Below, in pieces: positions 1 to 13,434 of a stretch of 64,000 nucleotides of DNA. The stretch lies in assembly GCA_030141605.1 (NCBI GenBank), contig JAQGDQ010000484.1, forward strand, positions 62,001-126,000, in the 5' to 3' direction. Both the position numbers and the translations under genes were made by a program. Source of the stretch: Tubiluchus corallicola (lineage: Eukaryota > Animalia > Priapulida). Positions within the stretch are counted from its first letter, which is position 1, and every line of letters begins with the position of its first letter. Under the pieces are notes generated by a model. The model saw only the letters and a list, made by a program, of their open reading frames with translations, searched no databases and was not told where the DNA came from.

Positions 1-243
1 CTAACTAAATACGGGACATTTGAATGCCTTAGAAAGGTCAGTAGGAGACAGGGGATAAAATTATCCTGTCAGTATAAGTGAGATACTCGGTGCCATAGCT
101 AAATGGGGAGCAAAAACAGCAATTGCTCCTCGAGCGCATTTGTCAAATTTAGCACTTTTTCAAAAACAAAATGGTTTTTATTGTCATCCATTTTAAATAA
201 AGTTTTTATTATTTTTATTATTATAATAATTATTACAACCTGC

Positions 244-532
244 TGCCCACGGTGTATCTCGACACTAGGCGGAAGAGCTGCAACGGCCACGTGTAGAGGA
301 GTAAACCTTCCAAATCAGGAGTGGAGCCCCGAAGGCGGACCAGTGCAGCATGCTAGGGAGGAACAGAGGGGGTCAGGATCTCCATACACCTTGCCCAGGC
401 GTGCGCCCTGGAGACGTTCAAGGATCGGACTGCTCAGTCACAGTCGACGCTGCAGCTCCATCAATGTAATCAATAACTGACTCTCTTGGCGCACACTCCA
501 TTGTCTTCCCAGACAAAATGATGCCAACAACA
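244..532 (+). mobile_element. Non-autonomous RTE-derived retroposon (internally deleted copy)
   Basis: 12-bp TSD attacaacctgc (232-243 / 533-544). 3' part encodes SRIGLLSHSRRC, resembling the C-terminal motif of RTE ORFs, then a (CAA)n tail. Homologous to 13435-13932 and 16921-17346. Confidence 0.8.
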
Positions 533-961
533 ATTACAACCTGCCTTAATTTTTTATTTGATCAACCTGTCTCCCACAATGAGCATTTACGCAACTCATT
601 TGTCAAAGTTGACTGATTTGAACCAAGGATCAAATTGCCCCAAATCTAATTATTATAATTATATTCTTGTCATATGTTCCTGATACCGTCTGTTATGGCG
701 TAGACAAATGTGTAATGGCTTCATGTGTCATGGCACCTTTTTGCCGTGTTTGCTCCCCCTAAATTAAGAACCTGGCTACGCCCCCCTCTCTCTGACGGAG
801 ATTCTCATTTCAAAGAAACAATTTGATGGAGCGACATTTTTATACAGGTTGGTTCATTAATAAGCTGGAATGCAGAAGTCATTAGTTAGTTCCAGGTAGC
901 AGATGCAATGCATAATCTACATGTTTGTGGCAGGACGGAAACTTCTGTCTGCTGAATCTGT

Positions 962-1570
962 CGCTGTGGTTTTAGCCATGCTTGGTTTGGATGCACAACT
1001 GCACATGCATATTCACCCACAAAATAACTAGAAGTAGCATGGCAGATGATTGACATGACATCAATCATCCATTTACTATCCAGAGCTACTGCTGCTTAAC
1101 TTTCTGTTCAAGCACACACACCTTTCACTGTGTTTTAGCCACGCTTGGTTCAGATGTACACATATTCACCCACTAAATGGCTAGAGGTAGCAATGTCACG
1201 GTTTCAATCATCCATTTGCAATCCAGAGCTACTGCTGCTTAACTTTAATACTCAAGCATACACATCTGCCACTATGTTTCAGCCATGCTTGGTTCAGATG
1301 CACACACATTCACCCATAAAATAACTAGAAGTAGCATGGCAGATGAATGTCACGGCTTCAATCATCCATTTGCTACTTAGCGCTACTGCTGCTTAACTTT
1401 CATACTCAAGCACACACATCTGCCGTTATGTTTTAGCCACACTTGATTCTGATGCACACACATTCACTCATAAAATAGCTAGAAGTAGCATGACAGATGA
1501 ATGACACTGTTTCATTCATCCATTTGCTATTCAGGGCTACTGCTGCTTAATTTTCGTACTCAAGCACATA
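962..1570 (-). repeat. ~143-155 bp tandem repeat (~4 copies) with a 5S rRNA internal-control-region-like core
   Basis: gctactgctgcttaa recurs at ~1085, 1228, 1382 and 1537. Minus strand agttaagcagcagtagctctggatagtaaatggatg aligns ungapped to the 5S box A to box C segment. Confidence 0.8.
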
Positions 1571-1912
1571 AAATTAGTCATCGCCAGACATTCAAACAAA
1601 ATGTAATAAAATTATTCATAATTAATTAATAATAAAATGCCGAGAGATTTAGGTTAAGTTTATCAGACATGAAACTTTATTTCAATTAGGTTACGTCCTG
1701 ACAATAATATTAAGCAGTTTTCACTGTTTCTGAATAAGCATATCTAGTTTCTTCTGCATGAATATTACATTGTACCTCTTCTTATACACGCTTATCTGAT
1801 CGTGCAACTTATAAATAAACATTAATTAAGCTTTAATTATCATTAAATATCATGGGTTGTTATGTATACAATGCACAATAATCAAGAATCAATCAAATCT
1901 GCCAAACTTTAG

Positions 1913-2171
1913 CACCTGTCAGCACTTAGCAATGGCAGGGATCATAGCTAGATACTCCCATCCCACCTGTCAGCGCTTAGCAATGGCAGGGATCATAGCT
2001 AGATACTCCCATCCCACCTGTCAGCACTTAGCAATGGCAGGGATCGTAGCTAGATACTCCCATCCCACCTGTCAGCGCTTAGCAATGGCAGGGATCATAG
2101 CTAGATACTCCCATCCCACCTGTCAGCACTTAGCAATGGCAGAGATCATAGCTAGATACTCCCATCCCACC
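1913..2171. repeat. 51-bp minisatellite, ~5 copies
   Basis: Unit cacctgtcagcacttagcaatggcagggatcatagctagatactcccatcc; explains the repeating ORF at 1857..2201. Confidence 0.95.
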
Positions 2172-2450
2172 TCGACTAACGCAGAAGTGCAACTAATGTA
2201 ACTAAATCTAACGCAACGCTCAACGAATAACACAGTAAGTTATACTAACAACAAAACAAAATGGCGTATGATTATCAAGCAAGCATTTGTAATCACAGTG
2301 ATAGTAACTTTATAGTTGTCAGATAATAAAACTGAAGAACGACTGTAATTTCCTCCTGTAGTTTTAATTTCGGGAAGAGTTCCCCGTTTAGTTTTTACCT
2401 AGTTACACAGAATAACCAGGAACAGAAAAAATACACTTACAGGACATTAA

Positions 2451-2998
2451 AGGAAAACCGGACGATTGAGTAGACTCAATCTCATTTTAATTTACAGTCC
2501 AAATTATACATTTCCTTGCCTATTAAAGTTAGCAATTGTTTGTAATATTTGAATAATTGCATTGGAAAGTTAATTACCGGCAACCGAACACAGCTATCGC
2601 TTACGTCACAAACTATCCACAGATTGTGCAATGGTAGGCATCTTCCCTGCACGTCAGGCATGTTTGCGTAAGGGAAGATTGCTATAAGACGCTGATGTGA
2701 TGTCAGGAAACTGAGCTCAATATCACACTGACGTCACAGACGAACACTGCACTTCATGACAATGCTTATCATGTACCACGCCTATTTGTTGGTCACGCGA
2801 ATGTGACAAAAAAGCGCCATTGCCAGTCTTAGTGGATACGCCGAGCTGCGCGTAGCTTTGAAAGTTTAACAAAATTTAACTATCCCAGGTAATTATTATT
2901 TGATCTAAGTTTTGATTTAAAAACAGCTATTGTAGTTTTCGATATTTAAGAGCATTCTTTATTTTGAACTACTGTCTACACAATCGTCCGGTGTTCCT
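2451..2998. mobile_element. Non-autonomous DNA transposon with TTAA target duplication (Kolobok-like)
   Basis: TTAA|AGGAAAACCGGACGATTG ... CAATCGTCCGGTGTTCCT|TTAA; second copy in opposite orientation at 9001-9397. Confidence 0.75.
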
Positions 2999-3730
2999 TT
3001 AACAGAACAAATTTGGTGGCTAGTCAAGCCTAGGAAAAGGCTTTTCGCAGTTGACCAAGCGAGGCGTCGAACACGTTCGCAAACGACCCACGAAGCAACT
3101 GCAGAGGAACGGTCAAACTAGTGCTGCATTGCAATTTTCAATATCTGTTCCACTATTTCCAAAGTTTGAATTAGTAAACACTTTTTAGCGTTTAATGGCA
3201 GCGACCATTACTGGGGAAAAGTTTGCCGAATTACATTCAATAAATTCATGGTTTTGCGCTATTGCGACGGCACACATATTGCTCGCTGAAAGCAAAATCA
3301 ACAGCTACGATGCGTGAACTCGTTGAAGTCGTAAATTCAAATGCAATAAATTGAGTCGTAAAATCAGCTTCCAGCTTCCACACATTAACATGGGGATATT
3401 AATCAAAATATGATGCTAACATTACGACGAAGCCCTTCACCACAACGCTACAATCCAATTCACGACTGTGATGATACATTTACAGAGGAAATCTAGCACG
3501 TCTATCTCAGCTTATACATACTTGCATGTAATATGGTATCATAGAGGTTGATATTCACCTGTCCTGAAGCATATATACAGTAAACTACGCATAACTCCTA
3601 TTCTTGGGTACCTCAAACAGATCTCGAGGAACGGATTTTCCCTTTTGTCCATTTACCAAACACTGGGTAACCCAAATTAATGCGTAACACAAGCCGATGT
3701 CCCGATACAATTTATCGAACAACTTCGAAC

Positions 3731-4231
3731 CAGGGATGAGAATGACAAATTGCAAAAAACTCTGAAACAGGCTGGGGGTTTGGGGGCCGTGTAAGCCCCC
3801 ATGCGGGTGTAAGGGGGCAAAGCAACAAATTGTAACTTTGTGACCATAGAGAACCTCTAAGTGGACTTAAAATATCAATTACCTTGTTTCATGCATAATT
3901 TAAAATAACCAACTATCAAGGATACATGATACCTAATTGTCTCAAAAACGGCTAAGTACTGGCCGCTCCTATACAAAAGTATTTAAAAACTGTCTGCAAA
4001 TGACCCAAAAAACTCCGCACAATTGATTCTATATTTTTATACATAGAGATAAACACGTGGTTACACAGATGTACGTGATGTAAACAAAGTAACGGCCTGC
4101 CAACTAGCCGTCAGCTTGTGAAATAATGTACTGGGTCCGTAAAAATTTACTCAACAAATTTACGCGATTTACAAAAATGGCACTACTGGTCTTCCAAAAA
4201 CTCGGAATTCCGTGGAAAATTCTCATCCCTG
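3731..4231. mobile_element. hAT-type MITE, family A
   Basis: 13-bp TIR CAGGGATGAGAAT / ATTCTCATCCCTG; perfect 8-bp TSD cttcgaac. Confidence 0.9.
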
Positions 4232-5007
4232 CTTCGAACCCTATCTCGAACAACTTCACAAGCCAGAAATACTTGGCGAAACTGTGCACCACGTTACGAT
4301 TTTACATGCTAATTTCAGCAAAAATGCCAAGGTTTCTTGTATTACCTTACCTAAACATTGCACACGACAGGACTTAATGAACATGGCTTAACGGAGACTA
4401 CAACAGAGGTGGAGCAGTCATATTATTTTTAATTATTCGTAAAAGCAGTTACTTGATGTTTGATTAAAGGTTCAATTTGTCATTTTCCTAGGCTGCAGCG
4501 TTAGTAGTGTATCGTCCGACGTTGATGAGTGACTAAATCTCGTTTCTTTACGAACATTGTCTAATTCGTACCCTCGTATAAATCGAAGAGATTTTCTTCT
4601 CCCGAGGTGTTCGAGTCATACATAGTTTACTGTGACTGGCAGAAATGGGTCTGCGATGGTCTGCAACACTTCAGTGACAGGTTTAAAGCATCCAAAGCAA
4701 CAATTAGACATACTATTTTATAATAATCACAAAAGGATTTAGTATGTAGGACGAATATCACTCGAGTTAAACAAGTTTAGGTTTATTAAGACGCTCTACT
4801 TCATGGCAGTCGTGGAATTCCTGTTCCACATTACAACCGGCACAAGTGTATAAAATTAGAATATCGTCTTTCTTCCCATACATTGACTATCACACGTGTA
4901 TAAGTCGTTCACTGCCAGCATCGTATTAATTACTTATTAATGTCTGGAAAGAATCTTGTCTAAAATCATCAAGCGCGGGCAATTTGTGGATAAAGCTCGT
5001 CCGGCAT

Positions 5008-5675
5008 TCATTCGTCGGCGGGTTTCAACTCGCGAATCTGTCGAATCAGGTACGCCTTCTCGTCGTTGAATTGGTCGTCCTCCGTCCGGTCGGTGTGAAA
5101 CTTCGTCAGGAATTCCACCAGACGTTCCTTGTTCCTGAGCAGTATATCCAGGATCGGTTTCGGTTTGTCCGGATTGGCTACGAACACCTTGAAGACGTGG
5201 AAGGCCTCGAACTGGATGTTCCGGCTCTTCTCCTTCAGCATGTTCATCATGAGCTTCAAGTTTTCCGGCTTGCTGATGTATTTCTTCATCACCAAAAAGT
5301 TATGGCGGTCTAGCAACAGTTCTCCGAGCAATTTCAGCGACTGTCGGCGCGTGACGTAGTTCTCCGAGTCCAGCAAGCCTTGGTAAGCCGCGAAAAATTT
5401 CTCATAGTTCGAGTCCAAAAAGTCCGCGCACATTATCTTATGCTTGGTCAAGAGTTCCTTGAAAGTGGAGAACGCGTCCGAGGCGATGTCGAACGTGGAC
5501 ACTTCCACATAGCGGAAGAAGTTGTAGAACTCATCCGACCAGAGGATGATCTTAGCGAGGACTTCGTGTCTGATGCACTCGCGTAGCATGCTGCCGCAGT
5601 GGAGCGCTATGTCCTGAGTTTCATAACCACGCACCAGTGTGAACAAGATCTCTCTGTTCTTGTGTATGTAGTCAA
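5008..5675 (-). CDS. CAB39: CAB39/MO25 (calcium-binding protein 39), coding exon 3 (last)
   Basis: Conserved MO25 motifs [42 protein letters not shown] and [16 protein letters not shown]. Acceptor ttttctttTAG; phase 1 joins exon 2 to give TPTVDYI. Spliced protein 339 aa. Confidence 0.97.
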
Positions 5676-5715
5676 CTAAAAGAAAATGAGAAAGCAATTT
5701 AACAGTGTTCAGTTA

Positions 5716-6174
5716 CAGGGATGAGAATAACAGATGCAAAAACTCTGAAACAGGCCAGGGGTTTGGGGGCCGCGTAGGCCATAAAGAACCTCTAAGTGGA
5801 GTTAAAATATCAGTTACCTTGTTTCATGCATAATTTAAAATACTCAACTATCAAGGATACATGATACCTAATTGTCTCAAAAACGCCTAAGTACTGGCTG
5901 CTCCTATGCAAAAGTATATAAAAACTGTCTGCAATTGACTCAAATAACTCCGCACAATTGATTCTATATTTTTATACATAGAGATATACACGTGGTTACA
6001 CTGATGTACGTGATGTAAACAAAGTGACGGCCTGCCAACTAGCGGTCAGCTTGTGAAATAATGTACTGGGTCCGTAAAAATTTTCTCAACGAACTTACGC
6101 CATTTACAAAAATGGCACTACTGGTCTTCCAAAAACTCGGAATTCCGTGTATCCGTGGAAAATTCTCATCCCTG
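5716..6174. mobile_element. hAT-type MITE, family A (in CAB39 intron 2)
   Basis: Same TIR as 3731-4231 and near-identical internal sequence; flanked by duplicated cagtta. Confidence 0.88.
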
Positions 6175-8397
6175 CAGTTAAGCTCAACAGACACAAAAAC
6201 ATTCATAAATAAAACTTGTTAAAATTCCCAGCATTGAAATTTCATGTCACTTATATGCTGTCTCATTGCATACAGAGCTTGCATTAGCAGTAATGCTGAA
6301 TAAAACGTGTGAATTCAAACTCGCACGAAGACAGTTAGATGCAGCCAATTCAGCAGTAAGCCATTTGAAACAAGTTTAGATAACATTGCGTAAGGTGTGA
6401 AAAATAATCAGAGCATTCGCAGCACCTTCACTAACTAACGAAAGTTTAAATCACTTAATCTTGTCAATGAGATCAATAATGTGTTTTTTTGGTGAATAAG
6501 TGGTGCACACTGGGATGGCAATCCAGTGCTGTTTGATCAGATGGCGGGAATATTTTAAATCATTCAGAATTTTCTTTTCCAATTACAAACGTCTTCGAAA
6601 CAGATAAGCGCAATGCTAACTTTGTACGAAAAGTTCTTTGAGATGCACTTTAGAGTTCCCTTTTCTTCCCCTTTTCAGTTTAAATGGGCATTTCTTATAG
6701 AATTTGTCACTCTGTATCATACTTGTCACTCTGTCACTCTTATATCATTGTATATACAAGTAAGTAATATGGTGCATTGTAATACAAGTAAGTGGTGCAT
6801 TGACAGATAATCACATAATTCATATTCGTAACTATTTAAAAAAAATTTCACTCTTTAAAGCTCATTCAAAGTCGTAATTACATATCATGTTTTCCTTTCT
6901 CAACTTTCAGGTTTATTGCTCTTATACCACTGCTATTATTACATCATTTACTTCATCCTTATTTACATTAAGTTATCTACAGAAACATGCATAACTATAA
7001 TCATTTTTTCATTTAAGTAAGGTGAGTGTGTTAATGACCGTATGGTCATACACTCACCTCGCACTACTCAAATTATTTTATTTAAAGTTTATTAATGTGT
7101 TTGATATTGTATTTTTCGATGTGTGAAATAAAATTCATAGTTCATAGTTCATGTAACTTGGAATTCATCTCTCAGTAGGAGGATAAATTCAATGTACAAG
7201 GATAAGAACTGGACCAGAATTCATCTAATCCATTAACGGTATCCTCTAAAAGGAGACATTATTCCGGCATAATGATCCAACGTAAAACACTTAGATGTCA
7301 TTTTCGCTTTATTCTGATGCCATCGTCAACAGAACAAAATGTCAATAACGAAAGAAAATTGACTAGTTCACTAGTAACGAACCTTAGAAAAGCTTTACAC
7401 ATATTTGTAACAAGCTACGACGATAGAGGCGCAGACAAAGATTAAGCCAGTTTACACTCTACACAATTTTAACATGGGTAAACAGTGCATCACAATGCAG
7501 CATACTAAGTGCTCTTGTGCTCTTGTAAATAATATTTAAATGTTTGTGAATTGGACAAAGATCTGTGCATTACTTTTTAGCTGGGTATTTATATTGGCCT
7601 TGGCGTAAGAACAAAGAATCGAAAAGTACAATTTAATTATGTCTGTGTGCATCATGTGTGCTGGCCTTTCTTTCGATTAAATAGCCTTTTCACAGTTGTC
7701 CGTACTCGCAGTTGCTGTAGGTCAAAGGTTAAGTGTACCACAGTAACGCGTCTTAACTGCAAGCATCGTGTAACAAGTGGGTAAACAAAGCCATCTGCTT
7801 TATTTACGTTGATAGTGATTAATTCATCGGCATTTTATCAAGTTTATGTATAAATCTTTGTACATTTGTTTGTTTATATTTACAATTACAAATTACGACA
7901 TTAAAATTACACGTTTGTTTCATTTTACACAGTAATAAAACAATGGCTAAAAATTTTCCGAGTGCTGCAAAGTTCTTAAGTGAATTTATAATAATTAAAT
8001 GCGTTTATATTAATTTTTCATGGTGTCTAAAACTCAGACAGGTGCATTTGGCTAGCAAATTATTGCGATTAATATAGATGCTATATTTTGTCAATAATAT
8101 GTATAGATTTTCTCAGGTACAGGTGGCAAGCTACACTAGCACAATTGATCAATAGTAACTAATGAGGTACAAGCTCATAATTATCATAGGGGAACTAGCA
8201 ATTGTATTCAGCGGGTTTTTATTATGCTCCAAGTCCGTTAACTGCCTCTAACTAGTTTGCCAAATTACGTTATGTTCTTCCTCGAGGGACGAAATGCGGT
8301 TATATGCAGGTGACACGTCTAACATACGCGATTTCACGAAACGAAGTATAAGCCTTGAGGAACCGTAGTCTTCGGTATGCTCATGAGAAAAGCAATA

Positions 8398-8765
8398 AGC
8401 CTTTTCACAGTTCCAGCGATTGGTGATGATCGTGAAAATGTCAAAGGTTAAGTGAACCCAGACAACGTATTCGTGTTCACATGACAATGCCTCACAGCCA
8501 CTACTATTGTAATAGTAACAGTTTTAACAGGCAGCTAGAACCTTACCTAGTTCATTTTTCTTGCTCCCAAGCAAAATCCTTTTAGTAAATCACTCTGTGT
8601 GCACACTAATACACAAGTAAGTAAAGTCCACTGAACTGATGTGACTGACGACTTTGCTTTACAATGCGTGTCATGTGATGGTTGTAGTTAAGACGTGTTG
8701 CTATGGAATACTTGACCTTTGACCTGCGCAACCATGCATGCACACAACCAAACTGTGGAAAGCTT
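8398..8765. mobile_element. MITE family C (TIR AGCCTTTTCACAGTT)
   Basis: aataagccttttcacagtt ... aactgtggaaagcttatt. Related copies at ~7683-7800, 37935-38345, 42044-42476 and 49383-49930. Confidence 0.75.
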
Positions 8766-9000
8766 ATTGTAGTGTATAGTTTCACTGTTATCCTTTTAAT
8801 CTGTTAATGTCCTCAAAATTTACTATGTTACCATTCCACTGTTTTAAGAACTTGAGTATTTACACATGTAACTACTAATAGGGTTCCATATTTCACAATC
8901 AGAGACATCGTGTTGTTGGAGTTGTACTCTAATTAGCACAAACGTCATCATTTTAAGTGCTTTAAGCCAAGTTATGTGAGCTAAAGACTCCCTATTTTAA

Positions 9001-9397
9001 AGGAAAACTGGACAATTGCATAGGACTGACAGTGGTGCCTTTTTGTCACATTCGCGTGGTTGGCAAATAGGCGCGGTACAGTGATAAACATGATCATGAA
9101 CTGCGGTGTTCGTCTGTGATGTAGACCTCATTTTTGTGATATCACATCGGCATCTACAGTAATTTTCATTTACGCAGACATGCTTGACGCGCAGGGAAGA
9201 TGCCCACCATTGCAAAAACTGTGGTTAGTTTGTGACATAACCAGTAGCTGCGTTCGGTTGCCATTAATCAATTAATTACTTTCCAGTGCAATTAATCAAA
9301 TATTAGAAACAACTGCTAAATTTTATAGCAAGAAAATGTATATTTTGGACAGTGAATTAAAATGAGATTGAGTCTAATCAATCGTCCAGTTTTGCCT
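9001..9397. mobile_element. Kolobok-like non-autonomous element (second copy)
   Basis: TTAA|AGGAAAACTGGACAATTG ... CAATCGTCCAGTTTTGCCT|TTAA; reverse-complement homology to 2451-2998. Confidence 0.75.
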
Positions 9398-9558
9398 TTA
9401 AATTAGTTAGGTAAATGTGAGATAATCCATGGACAACTGCACGCAAATAATTGGACAACAAGTTGACAGAGCTATTAAAAAATCAACTGGCATGCAAGTT
9501 GCCATTTTGAAATCTAGCGCAAACCATTCTACAGGTTTCCCATGTTGCAGAAAATTAC

Positions 9559-9730
9559 CTGTGGGTGTTCGAGTTCCAATCTGTCGCCTTAGAATGTTGT
9601 TAAAAATTTGAACCACGTCTTTTTTCGGCTCGAATTCGATTTTGCTAAGACTCTGTATAAGCAGTAATAGCAAATTGGACATGTACATCTCCTGTGCTAG
9701 CTGAGCAACAACTTGCTCCATCTGAGGTTC
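9559..9730 (-). CDS. CAB39: CAB39/MO25 coding exon 2
   Basis: [16 protein letters not shown]...[25 protein letters not shown]; acceptor tctgtttCAG, donor G|GTAATT. Confidence 0.95.
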
Positions 9731-10569
9731 CTGAAACAGAGGAATTTCTTTGTACACGGTACCGTTGAAAAAATTTACACTTTACACTGAGGCTCACAAG
9801 ACTGGCCATTTCGTTTCAATACACACAGATTTGAAAGTAGACCAAAAGCAACAGCAGCAGTGTCGATTCATGTATAGGCACTGTGGAACTGCAACACCCC
9901 CAGTTTTCACTCTCTATTATACATAGTATTCAATATAATAAGTGTTTTTTCTTTAGTTCTTTTTTATACATGAACGGAACCAAAGCACATGAGTAGTACT
10001 GTTTGCTTCACAGTCCAGCACAGTGCGCTCCAGCAATACGGTGTTTGGCTGTTTTTGCTCATGCGGCCATGCGCACAAGTCTGAGCCCAGGTAGAGAAAG
10101 TACTGTCACTCACACAGTTTGTTGTCAGTTGTCACATGTTTACCGTGAATTGATCAAGCTTGTACTGTGACAATTTAGGCTATTAGTAAGCAAAAAAAAA
10201 TTTATTTAGGATTTTATCAAGTTTATGCATAAATTTTGTTTTGTTTAAAATTACAATTACAAATTACAGACATTAAAATTACATATGTTTGTTTCGTTTT
10301 ATACAGTATAAAAACAATAGCTAAAAATTTTCTGAAGCAGCACCCCCACTGATTTTTGCTATGAGCCGTCAGTAGTAGTAATTTATTGATTTTTGGGCAA
10401 TAGATCAAACAACAAACATCCTTACAACAAAATTTTGCATACAAATGCGAACAAACTTAACTACAGCACTTTGAATAGTAACATCATGCGATTGCATCAT
10501 ACAAATTAGTTAGTCATCAATATTTAAAAAGTAAAAGTCTGGAATAGAAGGTGTAATTGTATTTACAAG

Positions 10570-11060
10570 GAAGTTACAGGCGCTGTTATGTTTAAAGCAA
10601 AATAGAATAAAATGGTATTCGTCACCGACTTCATTACACTTGGCACATAGACGCTCCTCTCAAGGAATAGGAGGTCTTACATACCGCCCAGGTTCATTAG
10701 GCAGTGAGTGAGTGCTTGTTCTAAGCTTAGTCAATGCAATACGATGTTTAACATTCTTTACATTTACATAATAAGACTTAAATTTAAAAGAAGTTTTACT
10801 GTAAAAGGATAACTTTGACATTTCAGCTAGTGAATTTTTCCAATTGGTAACATAGCATGCCTGTAAACTTCCTTCAGCAATATACAAAATATTCATATAC
10901 AATGGCACTATATCATTTTCTGTACAGTTGGTGTAGGTGTTGAGCTCTTTACTCGTAACACTGATTTGTAATAGTTTAAGCATGCCCTTTCTAAGTTATC
11001 AAATTCTTTATATCCCTAGACTTCGCATACACAATTATAGATGGGTTTAAGGTAAATATC
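10570..11060 (-). mobile_element. Degenerate LINE ORF2 C-terminal fragment
   Basis: ALTKLRTSTHSLPNEPGRY..*EERLCAKCNEVGDEYHFILFC: C-terminal zinc-knuckle region typical of APE-type LINEs, with stops. Confidence 0.7.
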
Positions 11061-11714
11061 AAACAATGACATTGTTAGACTAACGTCAATATATACAAAT
11101 GTTTTTTATTTACTATAAACTGCAAACACTTATAGATGACTGTTCGGAAGATTTTTCTCTGCTTGCCCTTTAATTTAAAGTTGCACTTATTTAGAATTGC
11201 CTGTAAAACTTGGCTTCGTTATATGCACTTAGTAGGTCAGCCAATCAGAATTGAGCACGTTTTTTAGTCAGCGTTTCAGTCAACGAAGAGAGCCACGTTT
11301 TTGATTTTCGGTAATAGTTGAATTTAAAATAAAACTTTTGTGATTACTTCAAAACAATGACACTAAACGTTTAAACAGATGCCATTACAGTGGCACATCA
11401 TCGTGAAATTTTGTGATAAAATTTTTCATCATGATAAAATTTTCCTTTTGTGTGGATTAAACCAGCTACGTGAACGTTTTGTCGATAAACTTTGAAGTGG
11501 AGATGCGTGTGAGTTCTTGGGCACATGGACATGGTTATGCCACTGTACATGATCTAATTAATAGAAATCTGTAATGCCCAAACTAAGTATTGTTTTACAA
11601 AGAGTTAAAGCCATGACACATCTAAATAATTATATATAATATCAATAAGTCTTAATAAGGGTACGTTAAAGAGTAAAAAAGTAAAACCAAATTAATTCAA
11701 ATTTTACTTCGTAC

Positions 11715-11894
11715 CTGTTCGGCTGTACCGACTAACATTTCGTTCACGTATTTTAACCATTTGGCAACTTCTTCTGAAGCTTTATCAACCTTCCTATCAC
11801 TCTTGTTGTCGGCTCTGTCTAGAGCTAAAACCGAGTCACGAAGAGCTCTAACAACTTCTGCAGGCGATTTCTTTGAGCGAAAAAAATTCTGCAT
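11715..11894 (-). CDS. CAB39: CAB39/MO25 coding exon 1
   Basis: MQNFFRSKKSPAEVVRALRD...KASEEVAKWL (MO25 N-terminus, 60 codons); acceptor ttaattgCAG 4 nt before ATG; donor CAG|GTACGA, phase 0. Confidence 0.93.
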
Positions 11895-12559
11895 TATCCT
11901 GCAATTAAATAGTAATATTTTATTCACAAATTAAAATCCTTTCCCAGACATTTTCTTAATAAAATGTTACTGACTTCGCTCAAGTCGTGTTGAGTCAATG
12001 AGGTTAAAGTTCACAGCGCATCAACATCACCGGAACTATACGGAAGCGTCGATCAGTCACAGCTTTTTTGCAAATATGCTTTTTTCGAACGACAGCTACA
12101 TCATGAAACAAAACGTCTACTTGATCACTGAAAGGTTCATAATTACATTGAACTACTTTATTGTGTTCCGTTGTGTTTGAAAAAATACATTTGACCTAAA
12201 GCAGTAATAACTGTTTATTCAGCACACGAATATAATGCAACTAATTTGGGCCAATTGTACTATCTTGTTGCAGTTCTTAGTGTGTTAGCAAAGACTTACA
12301 CGTGAAATAAGTGTAAAACGAATGATTAGATATAAATAAATAAATCATAAAAAGTGCAACAACTGAATAAATAAAATGGCGACATTTTAGAAGGAAGAGA
12401 ACATATGTACTGTGCAGATCAATGTATCATTTTCTACATTAGAAATTTTCAAGATTCAAAACTGTTGATGTTATAACAACGTAATAACTTTTCTTTTTCA
12501 AAATTTCATTCCACCTATTGTAGGCATTGAAGTACCAACATTTATGAGAGCATTTCACC

Positions 12560-13045
12560 CACTTCTATCTGCAGCTAACAGCATAAGTTCTTCTTTTCCA
12601 AAAGTTAGATTTGGTTGAAGTTGTTGAACATCTTTATTTGTCTTAGCTATCCAAGTTGTCTAAGACGTACCAGGTGGTTTTATGCAAGGTTTTAAGACTT
12701 CTTTTAAGGAGATTCTTACTGGTGCTTCATTTAGTAATCTTGGAAGATGTCACAGCCATCTTAATCTTCAGATCTTGACTTTTGAACTCCAATAAATTTC
12801 TTTTGTTCTGGTGTATAAATCTTCATTTTTGACTATGTACAGCCATCTTATTTTCAAAACTTTCCTACAAGACGTCTATGAAATGTGTCAATCTGCTTTT
12901 GTTGAGTAATTGCTAAACCCCAAGTTTCGCTATTGTACATAAATATGCTGGTAACATAAGCATTAAATAATTGAAGTCTCACATTAAGACATAATTTCTT
13001 GCTAGCTAATACATTCTTCTGCTGAAGAAAAACAGGCAGTAACAT
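12560..13045 (-). mobile_element. Degenerate RTE-like LINE fragment
   Basis: RLQLFNAYVTSIFMYNSETW...IDTFHRRL, typical of the post-RT region of RTE-clade LINEs; frameshifted. Confidence 0.7.
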
Positions 13046-13434
13046 GTAGGTTTTCTACATTTCAAGAATTAAGAGTCAAGATTGTTCATTTTACAACAAC
13101 ACTAACACAAATACATTAGGTGTACTATCGACCAGCAACAATAAAGATTATTGATAGCTGAGAACAGGCTGACACTCGTCAGGAATGGCCACTGCAGGAA
13201 ATATTAAAACATTGAGCTAACACCACTAGACAGTTAAATATATATAAAAATAGTTAATAATTATTTAGAAGCATTGTCCCACCGGATTTATTTCAGATTC
13301 CATTGATAATATCATCAAATCTGCCTGGCTAAAATTGATAGTGACAACCAGTACCATTGTCTGAAGTTGATGATATGAATGATTTTGGAACTGCTCATCA
13401 TCGAAGGATGGTGCCCTATGTATGTACTTACCTT

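Noticed and set aside
103-480. 125-aa ORF, and related ORFs at 13578-13874 and 16975-17220
   Set aside because: Read-through of the RTE-derived retroposon; frames are not conserved between copies.
4984-5586. Plus-strand ORFs overlapping CAB39 exon 3 (and similar antisense ORFs over the GT31, ZNF and chitinase genes)
   Set aside because: Antisense shadows of real coding sequence with no recognisable motifs.
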